Shown: positions 16,781 to 26,193 of the stretch, in pieces
How positions within the stretch are numbered: position 1 is the first letter of the stretch
Layout of the letters: each line of letters opens with the position of its first letter
DNA from: an uncultured Bacteroidales bacterium
GTDB lineage: Bacteria > Bacteroidota > Bacteroidia > Bacteroidales > JAIPAH01
DNA length: 45,600 bases
Assembly: GCA_964345255.1 (NCBI GenBank)
Contig: CAYFQK010000003.1
Location: forward strand, 1-45,600
Direction of reading: 5' to 3'
The notes under the pieces: generated by a model
Databases searched by the model: none
What the model was told of the DNA's origin: nothing
The model's input: the letters and a program-made list of their open reading frames with translations, nothing else
Position numbers and translations under genes: made by a program

Positions 16781-16826
16781 ATCCTGTATCCTGAATTGAA
16801 CAGGGTGGGTTAATTGATTATTTTCC

Positions 16827-16866
16827 GGGAGGACAGGTTTTTGTAGCCTGTCCTCCCTGTTATTTG
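16827..16866 (+). terminator. Rho-independent terminator after the dipeptidase gene
   Basis: Perfect 11-bp stem, GGGAGGACAGG (16827-16837) with CCTGTCCTCCC (16847-16857), followed by TGTTATTTG. Confidence 0.7.
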
Positions 16867-16925
16867 TGGAAGACATTTTAGCGTTAACCAATATTTTTAC
16901 GATATTTGCAGGGATTCAGGTAATC

Positions 16926-17816
16926 ATGGCAAATTCAAACACAGGAAACGGAGAAACACTAAAATGGTATCAAAAGCTAAGGGTTAAGTATAAGCTGATA
17001 ATCAGAAGGCAAGATACTTACGAGGAAAGGGTGTCTGTTAAGCTGTCTCGTATGAAGGTGCTTATCTATACCGGTGCCTTTGCCATTTTAATGATAGTGC
17101 TTACCTCATTGCTAATAGCCTATACCCCTCTTAAAGAATACATTCCCGGGCAAACAGAAATGGAAACCCGCAGACAGCTTTATGAGTTGCAAAAAAAGAC
17201 GGATTCGCTGGAAAACGCTTTTCGGCAAAAAAGTCAGTTTGTCGATAATTTACGTACAGTGTTAAGCGGGGGAACGCATCCTGACAAACCCGGGGTGGTG
17301 CGCCAGGATTCTGTAGACTACCAGAAGATAGAATTGCAAAGATCGCAGGCCGATTCGGCTTTAAGGGATAAAATTGAAAACCAAAGAGGAAGCTACAGCC
17401 TGGCAGGATATGGACAGGAGTCGAGGCTTTCGGCAGGCTCCATGCTTTATAATAATTTTTTTAATCCCCTTTCAGGGATTATTACCAACCGGTTTAAGCC
17501 TGCGAAGGGACATTATGGTATCGATATCGTGGCAGATAGTAATGAAGCTATCAAAGCCGTTTTGGGAGGAAGTGTAATGCTGGCAAACTGGACAACTGAA
17601 ACTGGATATGTTATTGCCTTGCAGCATCATGGGAATTATATTTCAGTATACAAGCACAACTCAGTGCTTTTAAAGTCCCAGGGCGAGCATGTTAATGCCG
17701 GAGAAGCGATAGCCATAGTCGGAGAGTCGGGAGAATTGACCACAGGACCTCACTTGCATTTTGAGTTATGGTATAAAGGAAGACCGGTAAATCCAGAGAA
17801 CTATATCCTATTTTAA
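16926..17816 (+). CDS. Membrane-anchored M23 (LytM-type) metallopeptidase
   Basis: TM segment VLIYTGAFAILMIVLTSLLIAY, a coiled-coil, and the M23 motifs GHYGIDIVA and GPHLHFELW. The ATG at 16926 is preferred over the GTG at 16866. Confidence 0.85.
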   Translation: MANSNTGNGETLKWYQKLRVKYKLIIRRQDTYEERVSVKLSRMKVLIYTGAFAILMIVLTSLLIAYTPLKEYIPGQTEMETRRQLYELQKKTDSLENAFRQKSQFVDNLRTVLSGGTHPDKPGVVRQDSVDYQKIELQRSQADSALRDKIENQRGSYSLAGYGQESRLSAGSMLYNNFFNPLSGIITNRFKPAKGHYGIDIVADSNEAIKAVLGGSVMLANWTTETGYVIALQHHGNYISVYKHNSVLLKSQGEHVNAGEAIAIVGESGELTTGPHLHFELWYKGRPVNPENYILF

Positions 17817-17824
17817 TTAATAAT

Positions 17825-18976
17825 ATGAAAAAACGTGTTGCAATTCTCGGTTCCACCGGATCGATAGGTACACAGAGCCTCGAAGTCATCAGAGAAAATC
17901 CTGATTTTTTCAGCGTGGAGGTGCTTACCGCGCAATCCAATATGAAATTATTAGTTCAGCAAGCCGAAGAGTTCAGGCCCAACGCCGTTGTCATTGGCGA
18001 AGAGCACTTATTTCACAGTGTACGTGAAGTGCTTGACAGGCTCGATATAAAAGTCTTTGCAGGTAGCAGTAGTATTTCCCAGATCGTGGCTATGGATGAA
18101 ATTGATATCGTTTTAGTAGCTCTGATGGGGTTTGCCGGACTGGAGCCTACGTTGAACGCTATTCGAAACAAAAAACAGATTGCCATTGCCAATAAGGAAA
18201 CGCTTGTCGTAGCCGGTGAACTGATCAAAAAGGAAGCATTTGAGAATAAGGTTCGTGTTTTGCCTGTAGATTCAGAACACTCTGCCATATTCCAGTGCCT
18301 CGTTGGGGAGCACAATCCGATAGAGAAAATATACCTTACAGCTTCCGGGGGCCCTTTTATTAATCGAACAAAAGAAGAACTGAAAAGCGTTACGAAAGAA
18401 GAAGCCTTAAAACATCCCAACTGGGATATGGGGTGTAAAATAACGATTGATTCGGCCACGATGATGAACAAGGGGCTGGAGGTAATAGAGGCCCGGTGGC
18501 TGTTTGACCTGGAACCCGGCCAAATTGATATTATCGTTCATCCTCAATCTGTCATCCACTCTATGGTGCAGTTTGAAGATGGTAGCATGAAAGCGCAAAT
18601 GGGTCTCCCTGATATGAAAGTGCCGATTCAATACGCACTGTCGTTTCCCGAAAGAATTAAAAATAATTTCAGCAGGCTGGACTTTGCTGATTATCCCTCC
18701 CTGACATTTACAAAACCGGATAGAGAAAAATTTAAAAACCTGCAATTAGCTTTTGATGCACTGGCAGAAGGAGGAAACCTGCCCTGCATACTCAATGCAG
18801 CAAACGAGGTGGCGGTGAATGCCTTTTTGCAGGATAAAATCGATTTCCTTGAAATATCAGATGTTATTGAACAAAGTTTTATGAAAGTTGATTTTATAAA
18901 AAGTCCTAATTTTGACGACTATTTAAAAACAGATAACGAAACAAGAAAAGTCGCTGAAAGTCTTATCAGGAGATAG
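17825..18976 (+). CDS. dxr: 1-deoxy-D-xylulose-5-phosphate reductoisomerase
   Basis: NADPH-binding ILGSTGSIGTQ, NKETLV, VDSEHSAIFQC, HPNWDMG and NKGLEVIEA. Confidence 0.95.
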   Translation: MKKRVAILGSTGSIGTQSLEVIRENPDFFSVEVLTAQSNMKLLVQQAEEFRPNAVVIGEEHLFHSVREVLDRLDIKVFAGSSSISQIVAMDEIDIVLVALMGFAGLEPTLNAIRNKKQIAIANKETLVVAGELIKKEAFENKVRVLPVDSEHSAIFQCLVGEHNPIEKIYLTASGGPFINRTKEELKSVTKEEALKHPNWDMGCKITIDSATMMNKGLEVIEARWLFDLEPGQIDIIVHPQSVIHSMVQFEDGSMKAQMGLPDMKVPIQYALSFPERIKNNFSRLDFADYPSLTFTKPDREKFKNLQLAFDALAEGGNLPCILNAANEVAVNAFLQDKIDFLEISDVIEQSFMKVDFIKSPNFDDYLKTDNETRKVAESLIRR

Positions 18977-19007
18977 GGTTTCAAGAGGATAAAACAGTAA
19001 AGCAATT

Positions 19008-20333
19008 ATGGAAATTTTAATAAAGGCATTGCAGCTCATTCTCAGTCTTTCAATTCTCGTGATATTTCATGAGTTCGGTCATTTTATTGCTGCAAAGATT
19101 TTTAAAACACGGGTAGAAAAATTTTATCTGTTTTTCAATCCGGGGTTCTCTATTTTTAAGATAAGAGGGAAAGAAACCGAATATGGAATGGGATGGTTGC
19201 CGCTTGGCGGATATGTTAAAATTTCCGGAATGATTGATGAATCCATGGATAAAGACCAGATGAAACAACCTCCAAAGCCCTGGGAGTTTCGCTCGAAACC
19301 TGCCTGGCAGCGACTTATAATAATGCTGGGTGGAGTTACTGTTAATATTATCCTCGCCGCTTTAATCTATGTGATGATGCTTGCCGTATGGGGAGAACAA
19401 TATCTTCCGAGCTCTGAGGTGAAATACGGGATTACTGTTGATTCACTCGCCCGTGAAATGGGGCTGAAAGATGGCGATAAAGTGCTGGCAGTCGATGGAC
19501 AGGAAGTCAAAAATTTCAACCAAATTCCCGCTAAAATCATTCTTAGCGAAGCAGAAAGTGTTGAAGTTTTGAGAGATGGGCAGCAAAAAAGGATAGAGAT
19601 ACCTGATGGCTTCCTTGCAAAAATGGTTGAAACGCAAAACCCTTCATTCATTTCTATCCGTTTTCCTTATGAAGTGGCAAAGTTTTCAAAACAATCGGCA
19701 GCTGAAAAAGCGGGGCTCAAAAAGGGAGATAAACTTATTGCCTTAAACGGCGAGCAAATGCAATATTTCAACGAATATGTCAGGAAAATACCCAAACATA
19801 AAAATGAGGAGATATCGCTGAAGGTTCTGAGGGATGGCGATACGATGACCTATAGTTTTAAGGTCCCCCCGGAAGGAAAAATTGGAGTCTATCCCAAGAA
19901 TCCGCAGGAATATTTTGATTTTGCAGAAAAAAGATATGGTTTTTTTGAAGCAATTCCGGCCGGTATTAATAAGGCATATGAGGGAATAGGCAGCTATCTT
20001 AAACAGTTAAAGCTTATTTTCTCCCCCGAAGTAAAAGCCTATAAATCGGTAGGTGGTTTTATAACCATAGGAGATATTTTCCCGGCTACATGGAACTGGG
20101 AAGCTTTCTGGAGCCTTACGGCATTTTTGTCGATTATGCTGGCGATTCTTAACATACTCCCGATTCCGGCTTTGGATGGAGGACACGTCATGTTTTTACT
20201 TTATGAGATGGTCTCGGGCAGGCCTCCGGGAGAGAAGTTCATGGAGTACTCGCAAATTGCCGGCATGCTTATATTACTGTCCATATTAATTCTTGCTAAT
20301 GGCAATGATATCATGAGACTTATAAATGGGTAA
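19008..20333 (+). CDS. rseP: RIP site-2 zinc metalloprotease RseP
   Basis: HEFGHF zinc motif in TM1, PDZ-like segments (GLKDGDKVLAVDG; GLKKGDKLIALNG) and a C-terminal LNILPIPALDGGH. Confidence 0.9.
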   Translation: MEILIKALQLILSLSILVIFHEFGHFIAAKIFKTRVEKFYLFFNPGFSIFKIRGKETEYGMGWLPLGGYVKISGMIDESMDKDQMKQPPKPWEFRSKPAWQRLIIMLGGVTVNIILAALIYVMMLAVWGEQYLPSSEVKYGITVDSLAREMGLKDGDKVLAVDGQEVKNFNQIPAKIILSEAESVEVLRDGQQKRIEIPDGFLAKMVETQNPSFISIRFPYEVAKFSKQSAAEKAGLKKGDKLIALNGEQMQYFNEYVRKIPKHKNEEISLKVLRDGDTMTYSFKVPPEGKIGVYPKNPQEYFDFAEKRYGFFEAIPAGINKAYEGIGSYLKQLKLIFSPEVKAYKSVGGFITIGDIFPATWNWEAFWSLTAFLSIMLAILNILPIPALDGGHVMFLLYEMVSGRPPGEKFMEYSQIAGMLILLSILILANGNDIMRLING

Positions 20334-20398
20334 ATGGGGATAGGACCAACTATTTGTTTATTTAATAACAAACTAGTTGCTTAAATTAAGTTGCACTG

Positions 20399-20429
20399 TT
20401 TGTATAATAACAATAAAAATCTACCTTTG
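20399..20429 (+). promoter_or_regulatory. Full Bacteroidota-type promoter (-33 TTTG, 19-nt spacer, -7 TACCTTTG)
   Basis: TTTG at 20399-20402 and TACCTTTG at 20422-20429. Both elements and the spacing match the TTTG-N19-21-TAnnTTTG consensus. The box ends 23 nt before the ATG at 20453. Confidence 0.6.
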
Positions 20430-20452
20430 CCGCAATTTTTAAAAGCGGCAAA
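20426..20452. promoter_or_regulatory. Perfect 8-bp-arm palindrome, TTTGCCGC-N11-GCGGCAAA (candidate operator)
   Basis: The left arm (20426-20433) overlaps the -7 box. The right arm (20445-20452) ends on the base before the ATG at 20453. Confidence 0.5.
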
Positions 20453-21610
20453 ATGAATAAAATCAAACAGTCTGATTTCCTGGTCAAAAGACGCTATGAA
20501 GCGTTTGTCTTTATTTTGATCTTCTTCGGTTTTTTCGGATATCTGGGTCATGTAATGGGCGTGACCAATCTTTTAAACACCATCATGAATACGGCGTGGG
20601 ATTTGTTGATGAATACGGTGTTTTATATCATGGGCATCACGGTTTTGTCGGGGGCGCTTGGAAGGCTTATGATTGAATTTGGTGTAGTACGTCTTCTCGA
20701 ATTTGTACTGGCCCCGTTAATGCGACCGCTTTTCAATTTACCCGGCGTGGCTTCGCTGGCCGGTTTGATGACTTTCTTTTCCGATAACCCGGCGATAATC
20801 AGCCTTTCAAATGATAAAAACTTTAGTAGTTACTTTAAAAAGCATGAATTAATTTCGCTTACCAATTTTGGGACTGCTTTTGGGATGGGGCTTATTGTCA
20901 TTACTTTCATGACCGGATTTGGATACTTTTCTTCTGCTATGATTGGGCTGGGCGGAGCGCTGGCCGGAGCTATCGTCTCAACCAGGCTGATGCAAAGGCT
21001 AATCAAAAATGAACCTGCGTTACAAAATGGTGTGAGGGTAAACGATGGAGAGTCTCAACTCTCTTTCCGCTCAGAAGGTGGAACGTTTCTCAGGTTTCTT
21101 AATGCCATCCTTGATGGCGGAAGACAGGGAGTAAATCTGGGCCTTGCCATTATTCCCGGGGTTTTAATTATAAGCACTATGATTATGATCATCACTTTTG
21201 GCCCTGCCGATGCCTCAGCAGGGTATCAGGGGATAGCTTATGAAGGGGTCCCGGTATTGCCCGAAATTGCAGGATATATCTGGTGGCTTTTTGAAGGACT
21301 CTTTGGTTTTACAGAACCTGAATTGATTGCTTTTCCTATTACATCACTCGGTGCCGTCGGAGCCGCATTATCCCTGGTAAAAGCGTTTGTAGCCGAAGGC
21401 TATATAACAGGGAATGAGATAGCTGTTTTTACAGCCATGGGGATGTGCTGGAGCGGCTATTTAAGTACGCATACTGCTATGCTTGACACTTTGAATTTCA
21501 GGGCTTTGACATCAAAAGCTTTGGTAGCTCATACCGTCGGAGGAATTTTTGCAGGAACTTTTGCTCATTACCTTTATGTACTTCTTCAGTATACCGGAAT
21601 AATAAGCTAA
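20453..21610 (+). CDS. Polytopic membrane protein with nucleoside-recognition (Gate) domains, YjiH/SpmA-SpmB-like
   Basis: 385 aa with about 10 hydrophobic segments. LLEFVLAPLMRPLFNLPGVASLAGLMTFFSDNPA resembles the Gate-domain motif. Assignment is from recall only. Confidence 0.55.
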   Translation: MNKIKQSDFLVKRRYEAFVFILIFFGFFGYLGHVMGVTNLLNTIMNTAWDLLMNTVFYIMGITVLSGALGRLMIEFGVVRLLEFVLAPLMRPLFNLPGVASLAGLMTFFSDNPAIISLSNDKNFSSYFKKHELISLTNFGTAFGMGLIVITFMTGFGYFSSAMIGLGGALAGAIVSTRLMQRLIKNEPALQNGVRVNDGESQLSFRSEGGTFLRFLNAILDGGRQGVNLGLAIIPGVLIISTMIMIITFGPADASAGYQGIAYEGVPVLPEIAGYIWWLFEGLFGFTEPELIAFPITSLGAVGAALSLVKAFVAEGYITGNEIAVFTAMGMCWSGYLSTHTAMLDTLNFRALTSKALVAHTVGGIFAGTFAHYLYVLLQYTGIIS

Positions 21611-21613
21611 TAC

Positions 21614-21652
21614 CGGCTGGCGGATATAAGTTTGCGCTTTTATCCGGCCAGC
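21614..21652. terminator. Hairpin between convergent genes (possible terminator)
   Basis: GGCTGGCGGATA (21614-21625) pairs with TATCCGGCCAGCC (21640-21652), 12 bp with a one-nt bulge and a 14-nt loop. The flanking T tracts are weak. Confidence 0.4.
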
Positions 21653-21666
21653 CTTTCAGGGTTTTT

Positions 21667-22581
21667 CTACATCGTCTGGTTTTGTACCACTTTGGCCCGA
21701 AGCGATTTAAACCCATTACCCAGGATTTCACTTGTATTGGTTACCGTAAGGAAAGCGTTAGGGTCAGTTTCGTGAATAAAGTCTTCAAGAATAGCCAGCT
21801 CGCGGCGGTTAACCACTGTAAATATAACCGGCCGCTCGTTGTTTGCATACATCCCGCTTCCATTCAGGTAAGTCCCTCCGCGATTTAAATCGTTGATAAT
21901 TTTATCCCGTATCTTTTCAGGGTGATTGGATATGATGAAAATTGCTTTATCATAATTAACACCCTCCAGCACCCCGTCAATAACTTTTCCTGTAACAAAT
22001 ATAACAATCCACGAATAGAGAGGCACTTTCCAGTCTTTAAATACAATCAATCCAAGCAAAACAATAACGGAATCTACCACAATGAGGAGCTGGCCTATGG
22101 GCAGGCGTGTATATTTTGCGATAATCATGGCTACGATATCCGAACCTGCCGACGTAGCTTTTGCTTTAAAAATCAGCCCGAGTCCCAAGCCAATGGTGAC
22201 GCCGCCGAAAATACACGATAAAAGGATTTCATTTTGCAATCCCAATGGGTCATTCTCACCGATGATCAGGGTTTGCAAATCCATAAAGGCTGAACTAAGC
22301 ACCATGCCAACGATGGTTTTAACCCCGAAGCGCGGACCCAGTATCCTGACAGCAATTATGATTAAGGGTATATTAAGTGCAAGCCCAAAGGTTCCTACAG
22401 GGATTTCAGGGACTAAATGGTGCACGACAATACCTACTCCATAAGCTCCGCCTGGAACAATATTGTATGGGTTGATAAATAAAACAAATCCCAACCCCAG
22501 GATAAAAGCTCCCGTCACTATCAGGCCGTAGTTGTAAAACCAGGCTTTGGATAAAAATTTCTCATTTTGGATTAGCGCCAT
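21667..22581 (-). CDS. YitT-family membrane protein (DUF2179 C-terminal domain)
   Basis: The N-terminal TM bundle contains NIVPGGAYGVGIVVHHL. The C-terminal soluble domain reads VIFTVVNRRELAILEDFIHETDPNAFLTVTNTSEILGNGF. Confidence 0.8.
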   Translation of the reverse strand: MALIQNEKFLSKAWFYNYGLIVTGAFILGLGFVLFINPYNIVPGGAYGVGIVVHHLVPEIPVGTFGLALNIPLIIIAVRILGPRFGVKTIVGMVLSSAFMDLQTLIIGENDPLGLQNEILLSCIFGGVTIGLGLGLIFKAKATSAGSDIVAMIIAKYTRLPIGQLLIVVDSVIVLLGLIVFKDWKVPLYSWIVIFVTGKVIDGVLEGVNYDKAIFIISNHPEKIRDKIINDLNRGGTYLNGSGMYANNERPVIFTVVNRRELAILEDFIHETDPNAFLTVTNTSEILGNGFKSLRAKVVQNQTM

Positions 22582-22612
22582 GTCTTGTAAATTTACTGGA
22601 TTAAAAACGGCG

Positions 22613-22620
22613 CAAAATTA
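22613..22620 (-). promoter_or_regulatory. -7 box TAATTTTG (minus strand) for the YitT-family gene
   Basis: The plus strand reads CAAAATTA, an exact TAnnTTTG match, with 31 nt between the box and the ATG at 22581. Confidence 0.45.
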
Positions 22621-22771
22621 TCAATACTTTTCAGAAATAATAATGCAGTGACAATACTCTTTTAAAAGTTTCAGCTTTGATATAATAATCCTTTTCAAAT
22701 GGTGTTAATACTGTGTCAACTTTGTTGAATTTTGAAATTTATTTTACTTTAGCGGCATCAAGATAGAGTTT

Positions 22772-23713
22772 ATGAACTTTCGGATTATATTAATTGCCTT
22801 AGCAGGTATTTTTTCGGCCTCATTATCTCATGGTCAGCAGGAAGCACAGGTAACACAGAATATGTTTAACTACATGTCTGTGAATCCCGGATACGCCGGC
22901 ATGCGTGGTGGGATCTGTGCTACCGGAATTGTAAGACAGCAATGGGTGGGACTCAAAGATATGGAAGGCAATAATATTAACCCTGAAACTTTTTTCTTGT
23001 CAGTAGATTCTCCGGTCGAGTTTCTTCATGGAGGCCTTGGCGCCACCATTCACCAGGATGAATTGGGATATACAAGCAATGTTGGAATTGAGCTGGATTA
23101 TTCTTATCATACGCGTTTGTGGTATGGTGACCTGGGTATAGGATTTAACATTGGATTTTTAAACCAGGTAGTGGATTTTGGAAGTCTTAATCCCATTGAT
23201 GGCACCGATCCTGTTCTTGAAGAGCGCCAGGGGGAAGAGCAGGATATGGTCATAAATTTTTCATTGGGCGCTTATTACAAGGTTGAAGGAGATTATTATG
23301 TGGGAGTGGCTACTACACGGATGCTGCAGAATCAGGCTCCTACCACACGGTATTACCCCAGAAGACATTATTATGTGATGGGAGGATACCATTACCAACT
23401 TACACCTGAGTATGAAGTGACGCCCTCAATTATGGTTACTTTTGATGGAGCGACCACACAATTTGATTTGGGAAGTGTCGTTCAATATAAAGATAAATAT
23501 TGGGGAGGAGTAAACTATAGAGCTCAAGATGCTGTCTCCCTTATAGCCGGTTTATACTGGAAAGATTTTAAATTTGGCTATTCATATGATTTAACCACGT
23601 CCCGGCTTGCAGGGGCAGGCTCAGGCGGTGCGCACGAGCTAATGCTGGGATATTGTTTTAAATTGGAGTTGGAAAAAGATAATAATAAATACAGGAATAC
23701 CAGATTTTTATAA
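22772..23713 (+). CDS. porP: PorP/SprF-family type IX secretion system membrane protein
   Basis: Signal peptide, then the family-typical QQEAQVTQNMFNYMSVNPGYAG, GAHELMLGY and a C-terminal NTRFL. It lies directly upstream of gldK, as porP does in Porphyromonas. Confidence 0.8.
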   Translation: MNFRIILIALAGIFSASLSHGQQEAQVTQNMFNYMSVNPGYAGMRGGICATGIVRQQWVGLKDMEGNNINPETFFLSVDSPVEFLHGGLGATIHQDELGYTSNVGIELDYSYHTRLWYGDLGIGFNIGFLNQVVDFGSLNPIDGTDPVLEERQGEEQDMVINFSLGAYYKVEGDYYVGVATTRMLQNQAPTTRYYPRRHYYVMGGYHYQLTPEYEVTPSIMVTFDGATTQFDLGSVVQYKDKYWGGVNYRAQDAVSLIAGLYWKDFKFGYSYDLTTSRLAGAGSGGAHELMLGYCFKLELEKDNNKYRNTRFL

Positions 23714-23787
23714 TTTTACAAAATTTACGAAGTCAACAATATTAATAATTGAAAAACGTTGTCTCGATATAAAACACCGACGATAAT

Positions 23788-25158
23788 ATGAGAAAATTAC
23801 TAATTTTATCGGCATTAGCAGCCCTTCTTTATGGATGTGGTAACAGCGGTAATGGAGAACTTGTAGGAGTTCAGGACAGAGCTAAATTTTACCAGCCAGA
23901 TCCTTATGGAATGGCTTATATCCCAATGGGAAGTTACACCATGGGTATTGGGGGCGAAGATGTCCCGAAAGCTAATCTTAGGGACCCCAAAACGGTTACT
24001 GTTTCGGCCTTTTATATGGATGAAACAGAAATTACGAATAACGAGTACCGGCAATTTGTGCATTGGGTCAGAGACTCCATTGCCAGAAGATTATTAGCTA
24101 TTAATAATCCCGATCAATTTAGCCGCTTTATTCAACAGCCTGAGGGAGAAAACGCCGTACCCCTTCCACCAGAGGAAGCCCCTTTGAACTGGGATGAAGA
24201 AATTGAATGGGAAGATGAGCAGGTAGCTGAGGTGCTTGAGAATCAAACCGAGTTTTATATTCCAAAAGAAGAACGGTTTTTCCGCAAAAAGGAAGTTGAC
24301 GCCCGTCAGCTTAATTATGAGTACTACTGGATTGATTTGAAAAAAGCAGCCAGTAAACAATACGACGAAAAAGCCAACCCCGAGGAGGGGATGTTCGGGA
24401 ATAGAACCACATCCAGGGCCGACTTGGTACAAAGAGATAAGATCAATATCTATCCGGATACACTCGTTTGGATCCATGATTATACATACACGCATAATGA
24501 CCCTATGGTGAAGAAATATTTCTCTCATCCGGCATATGACCATTACCCGGTTGTTGGGGTGAACTGGAAACAAGCTAGAGCCTTCAGTATCTGGAGAACC
24601 CAGCTTCGGTCTTCTTATTTGCGAAGCCAGGAAAAAGCAGTTTCCCATGAATTTCGTCTCCCTACTGAAACAGAGTGGGAATGGGCGGCCAGAGGCGGCT
24701 ATGAGGGCAACCCTTATCCATGGGGTGGTCCTTATACAAGAAACGCCAAAGGTTGTTTCCTCGCCAACTTTAAGCCGATGAGGGGCGATTATGCTGATGA
24801 TGGAGGCGGACGAACAGTTATTGTCGGGCATTACCCGCCAAACGATTTTGGACTCTATGACATGTCGGGAAACGTGGCGGAGTGGACGGCTGATACATAC
24901 GATGAAATCTCCGATCATTATAAGTGGGATTTTAATCCTTATTTCAATTATGAAGCCTCGGAGGATGACCCTGAAACCCTGAAAAGAAAGGTTATTCGTG
25001 GCGGTTCATGGAAGGATGTGGCATACTACCTGCGGGTGACTACCAGGGCTTATGAGTATCAGGATACAGCCAAGAGTTATATCGGATTCCGATGTGTTCA
25101 GGATTATATGGGAAGACAAAAAGGAGGGAATCCATCTAAAGCATCACGTGTATATTAA
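23788..25158 (+). CDS. gldK: T9SS/gliding lipoprotein GldK (PorK), FGE-sulfatase fold
   Basis: Lipobox LLYGCGNSG, GELVGVQDR...PYGMAYIPMGSYTMG, and SUMF1-like motifs (YPVVGVNWKQARAF, RLPTETEWEWAARGG, GLYDMSGNVAEW, RGGSW, IGFRCV). Confidence 0.9.
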   Translation: MRKLLILSALAALLYGCGNSGNGELVGVQDRAKFYQPDPYGMAYIPMGSYTMGIGGEDVPKANLRDPKTVTVSAFYMDETEITNNEYRQFVHWVRDSIARRLLAINNPDQFSRFIQQPEGENAVPLPPEEAPLNWDEEIEWEDEQVAEVLENQTEFYIPKEERFFRKKEVDARQLNYEYYWIDLKKAASKQYDEKANPEEGMFGNRTTSRADLVQRDKINIYPDTLVWIHDYTYTHNDPMVKKYFSHPAYDHYPVVGVNWKQARAFSIWRTQLRSSYLRSQEKAVSHEFRLPTETEWEWAARGGYEGNPYPWGGPYTRNAKGCFLANFKPMRGDYADDGGGRTVIVGHYPPNDFGLYDMSGNVAEWTADTYDEISDHYKWDFNPYFNYEASEDDPETLKRKVIRGGSWKDVAYYLRVTTRAYEYQDTAKSYIGFRCVQDYMGRQKGGNPSKASRVY

Positions 25159-25193
25159 CTATAACAATACGACTAAGGAGAAAATAAAAAATT

Positions 25194-26162
25194 ATGGCTA
25201 AGAGTAGTAAGCGCGTTAAACATAGGAAAAGTTTCCTTGAAACCAGGGGATTTAAAAAATTCATGGGTAAGCTTTATGGATTTGGAGCCTCTGTTGTAAT
25301 TATTGGAGCATTATTTAAAATCCAGCATTATCCCGGAGCAAATATTATGCTTCCATTGGGACTGGGCATGGAAGCAATCATCTTCTTCTTTCAGGGGCTA
25401 CAGAAACCCCATGTTGAGCCTGACTGGAGTTATATTTATCCCGAATTTATTGATTTGTATCATTCCCCCAAGGAAGAGGAAAAATTGAGAGCCAGGGGAA
25501 AATTGCCTGAACATGATAAGACGCCTGAAGGAGGCGGCGGTAGCGGCTCCGGAACGGGGACTGCCATTGATGTACTCATGCAGCAGGCTGACATTAGTTC
25601 AGAGGAGCTGGACCGCTTTGGTAAAGGATTGCAAAAGTTTACAAAGCAGACAGAGAAATTAAGTGATATTTCCGATGCCGCTGTGGCAACCGAAGATTAT
25701 GTAAAAAATATTAAAAAAGCATCTGATTCAGCTGATAAAATGAATGAGAGTCTTGAACAGGCGTCAGAAACCGTTGCTAATGAGTTTAAAGACGGCGGCG
25801 AATACGCTCAAAACGTAAAGAAAGCCTCTGAGGCAGCAGCTGGTCTTGCCGACGTTTACCAGAAAAACGCCGATGAATTAAAGAAAGAAAATGATGAATA
25901 TGGCCAGGTGGTATCCAAGATTAAGGATAACCTCACTGCCCTTAATTCGGTTTATGAGCTACAGCTGCAGGACTCAAATAAGCAAAAAGAATCGTCGCAG
26001 AAAATGACGCAAAATGTTGAGTCTTTTCTCAGCAATCTGGATGCGACAAATAAAGCCACGGAAAACTATCAGAAACAAGTTAATATTCTGACCGAGAAAG
26101 TTACAGCATTGAATAATGTCTATGGAAATATGCTTTCGGCAATGAATGTTAACGATAAATAA
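25194..26162 (+). CDS. gldL: T9SS/gliding motor protein GldL (PorL), long form
   Basis: Two N-terminal TM helices (KLYGFGASVVIIGALFKIQHYPGA; LPLGLGMEAIIFFFQG), a GGGGSGSGTG linker and a long coiled-coil-like tail. At 322 aa it is closer to PorL length. Confidence 0.85.
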   Translation: MAKSSKRVKHRKSFLETRGFKKFMGKLYGFGASVVIIGALFKIQHYPGANIMLPLGLGMEAIIFFFQGLQKPHVEPDWSYIYPEFIDLYHSPKEEEKLRARGKLPEHDKTPEGGGGSGSGTGTAIDVLMQQADISSEELDRFGKGLQKFTKQTEKLSDISDAAVATEDYVKNIKKASDSADKMNESLEQASETVANEFKDGGEYAQNVKKASEAAAGLADVYQKNADELKKENDEYGQVVSKIKDNLTALNSVYELQLQDSNKQKESSQKMTQNVESFLSNLDATNKATENYQKQVNILTEKVTALNNVYGNMLSAMNVNDK

Positions 26163-26193
26163 AAAATAGTTTTTCTGAAAAAATAAAATTCTG

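Noticed and set aside
22623-22712. Three copies of AATACT (22623, 22653, 22707) and a near-consensus TACTTTAG box (22745-22752) upstream of porP.
   Set aside because: A 6-mer repeated in AT-rich intergenic DNA is easily chance, and the box has a mismatch in the conserved TTTG. This is worth revisiting only with orthologous alignments or TSS data.
24094-24918. A 274-aa reverse-strand ORF lying entirely inside gldK.
   Set aside because: It is antisense to a confidently identified gene, its translation is low-complexity with no motifs, and it has no promoter context. This is a typical shadow ORF.
25159-25193. An AAGGAG sequence upstream of gldL, considered as a possible Shine-Dalgarno site.
   Set aside because: It lies about 14 nt or more from the ATG, too far for SD function. 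It is probably incidental.
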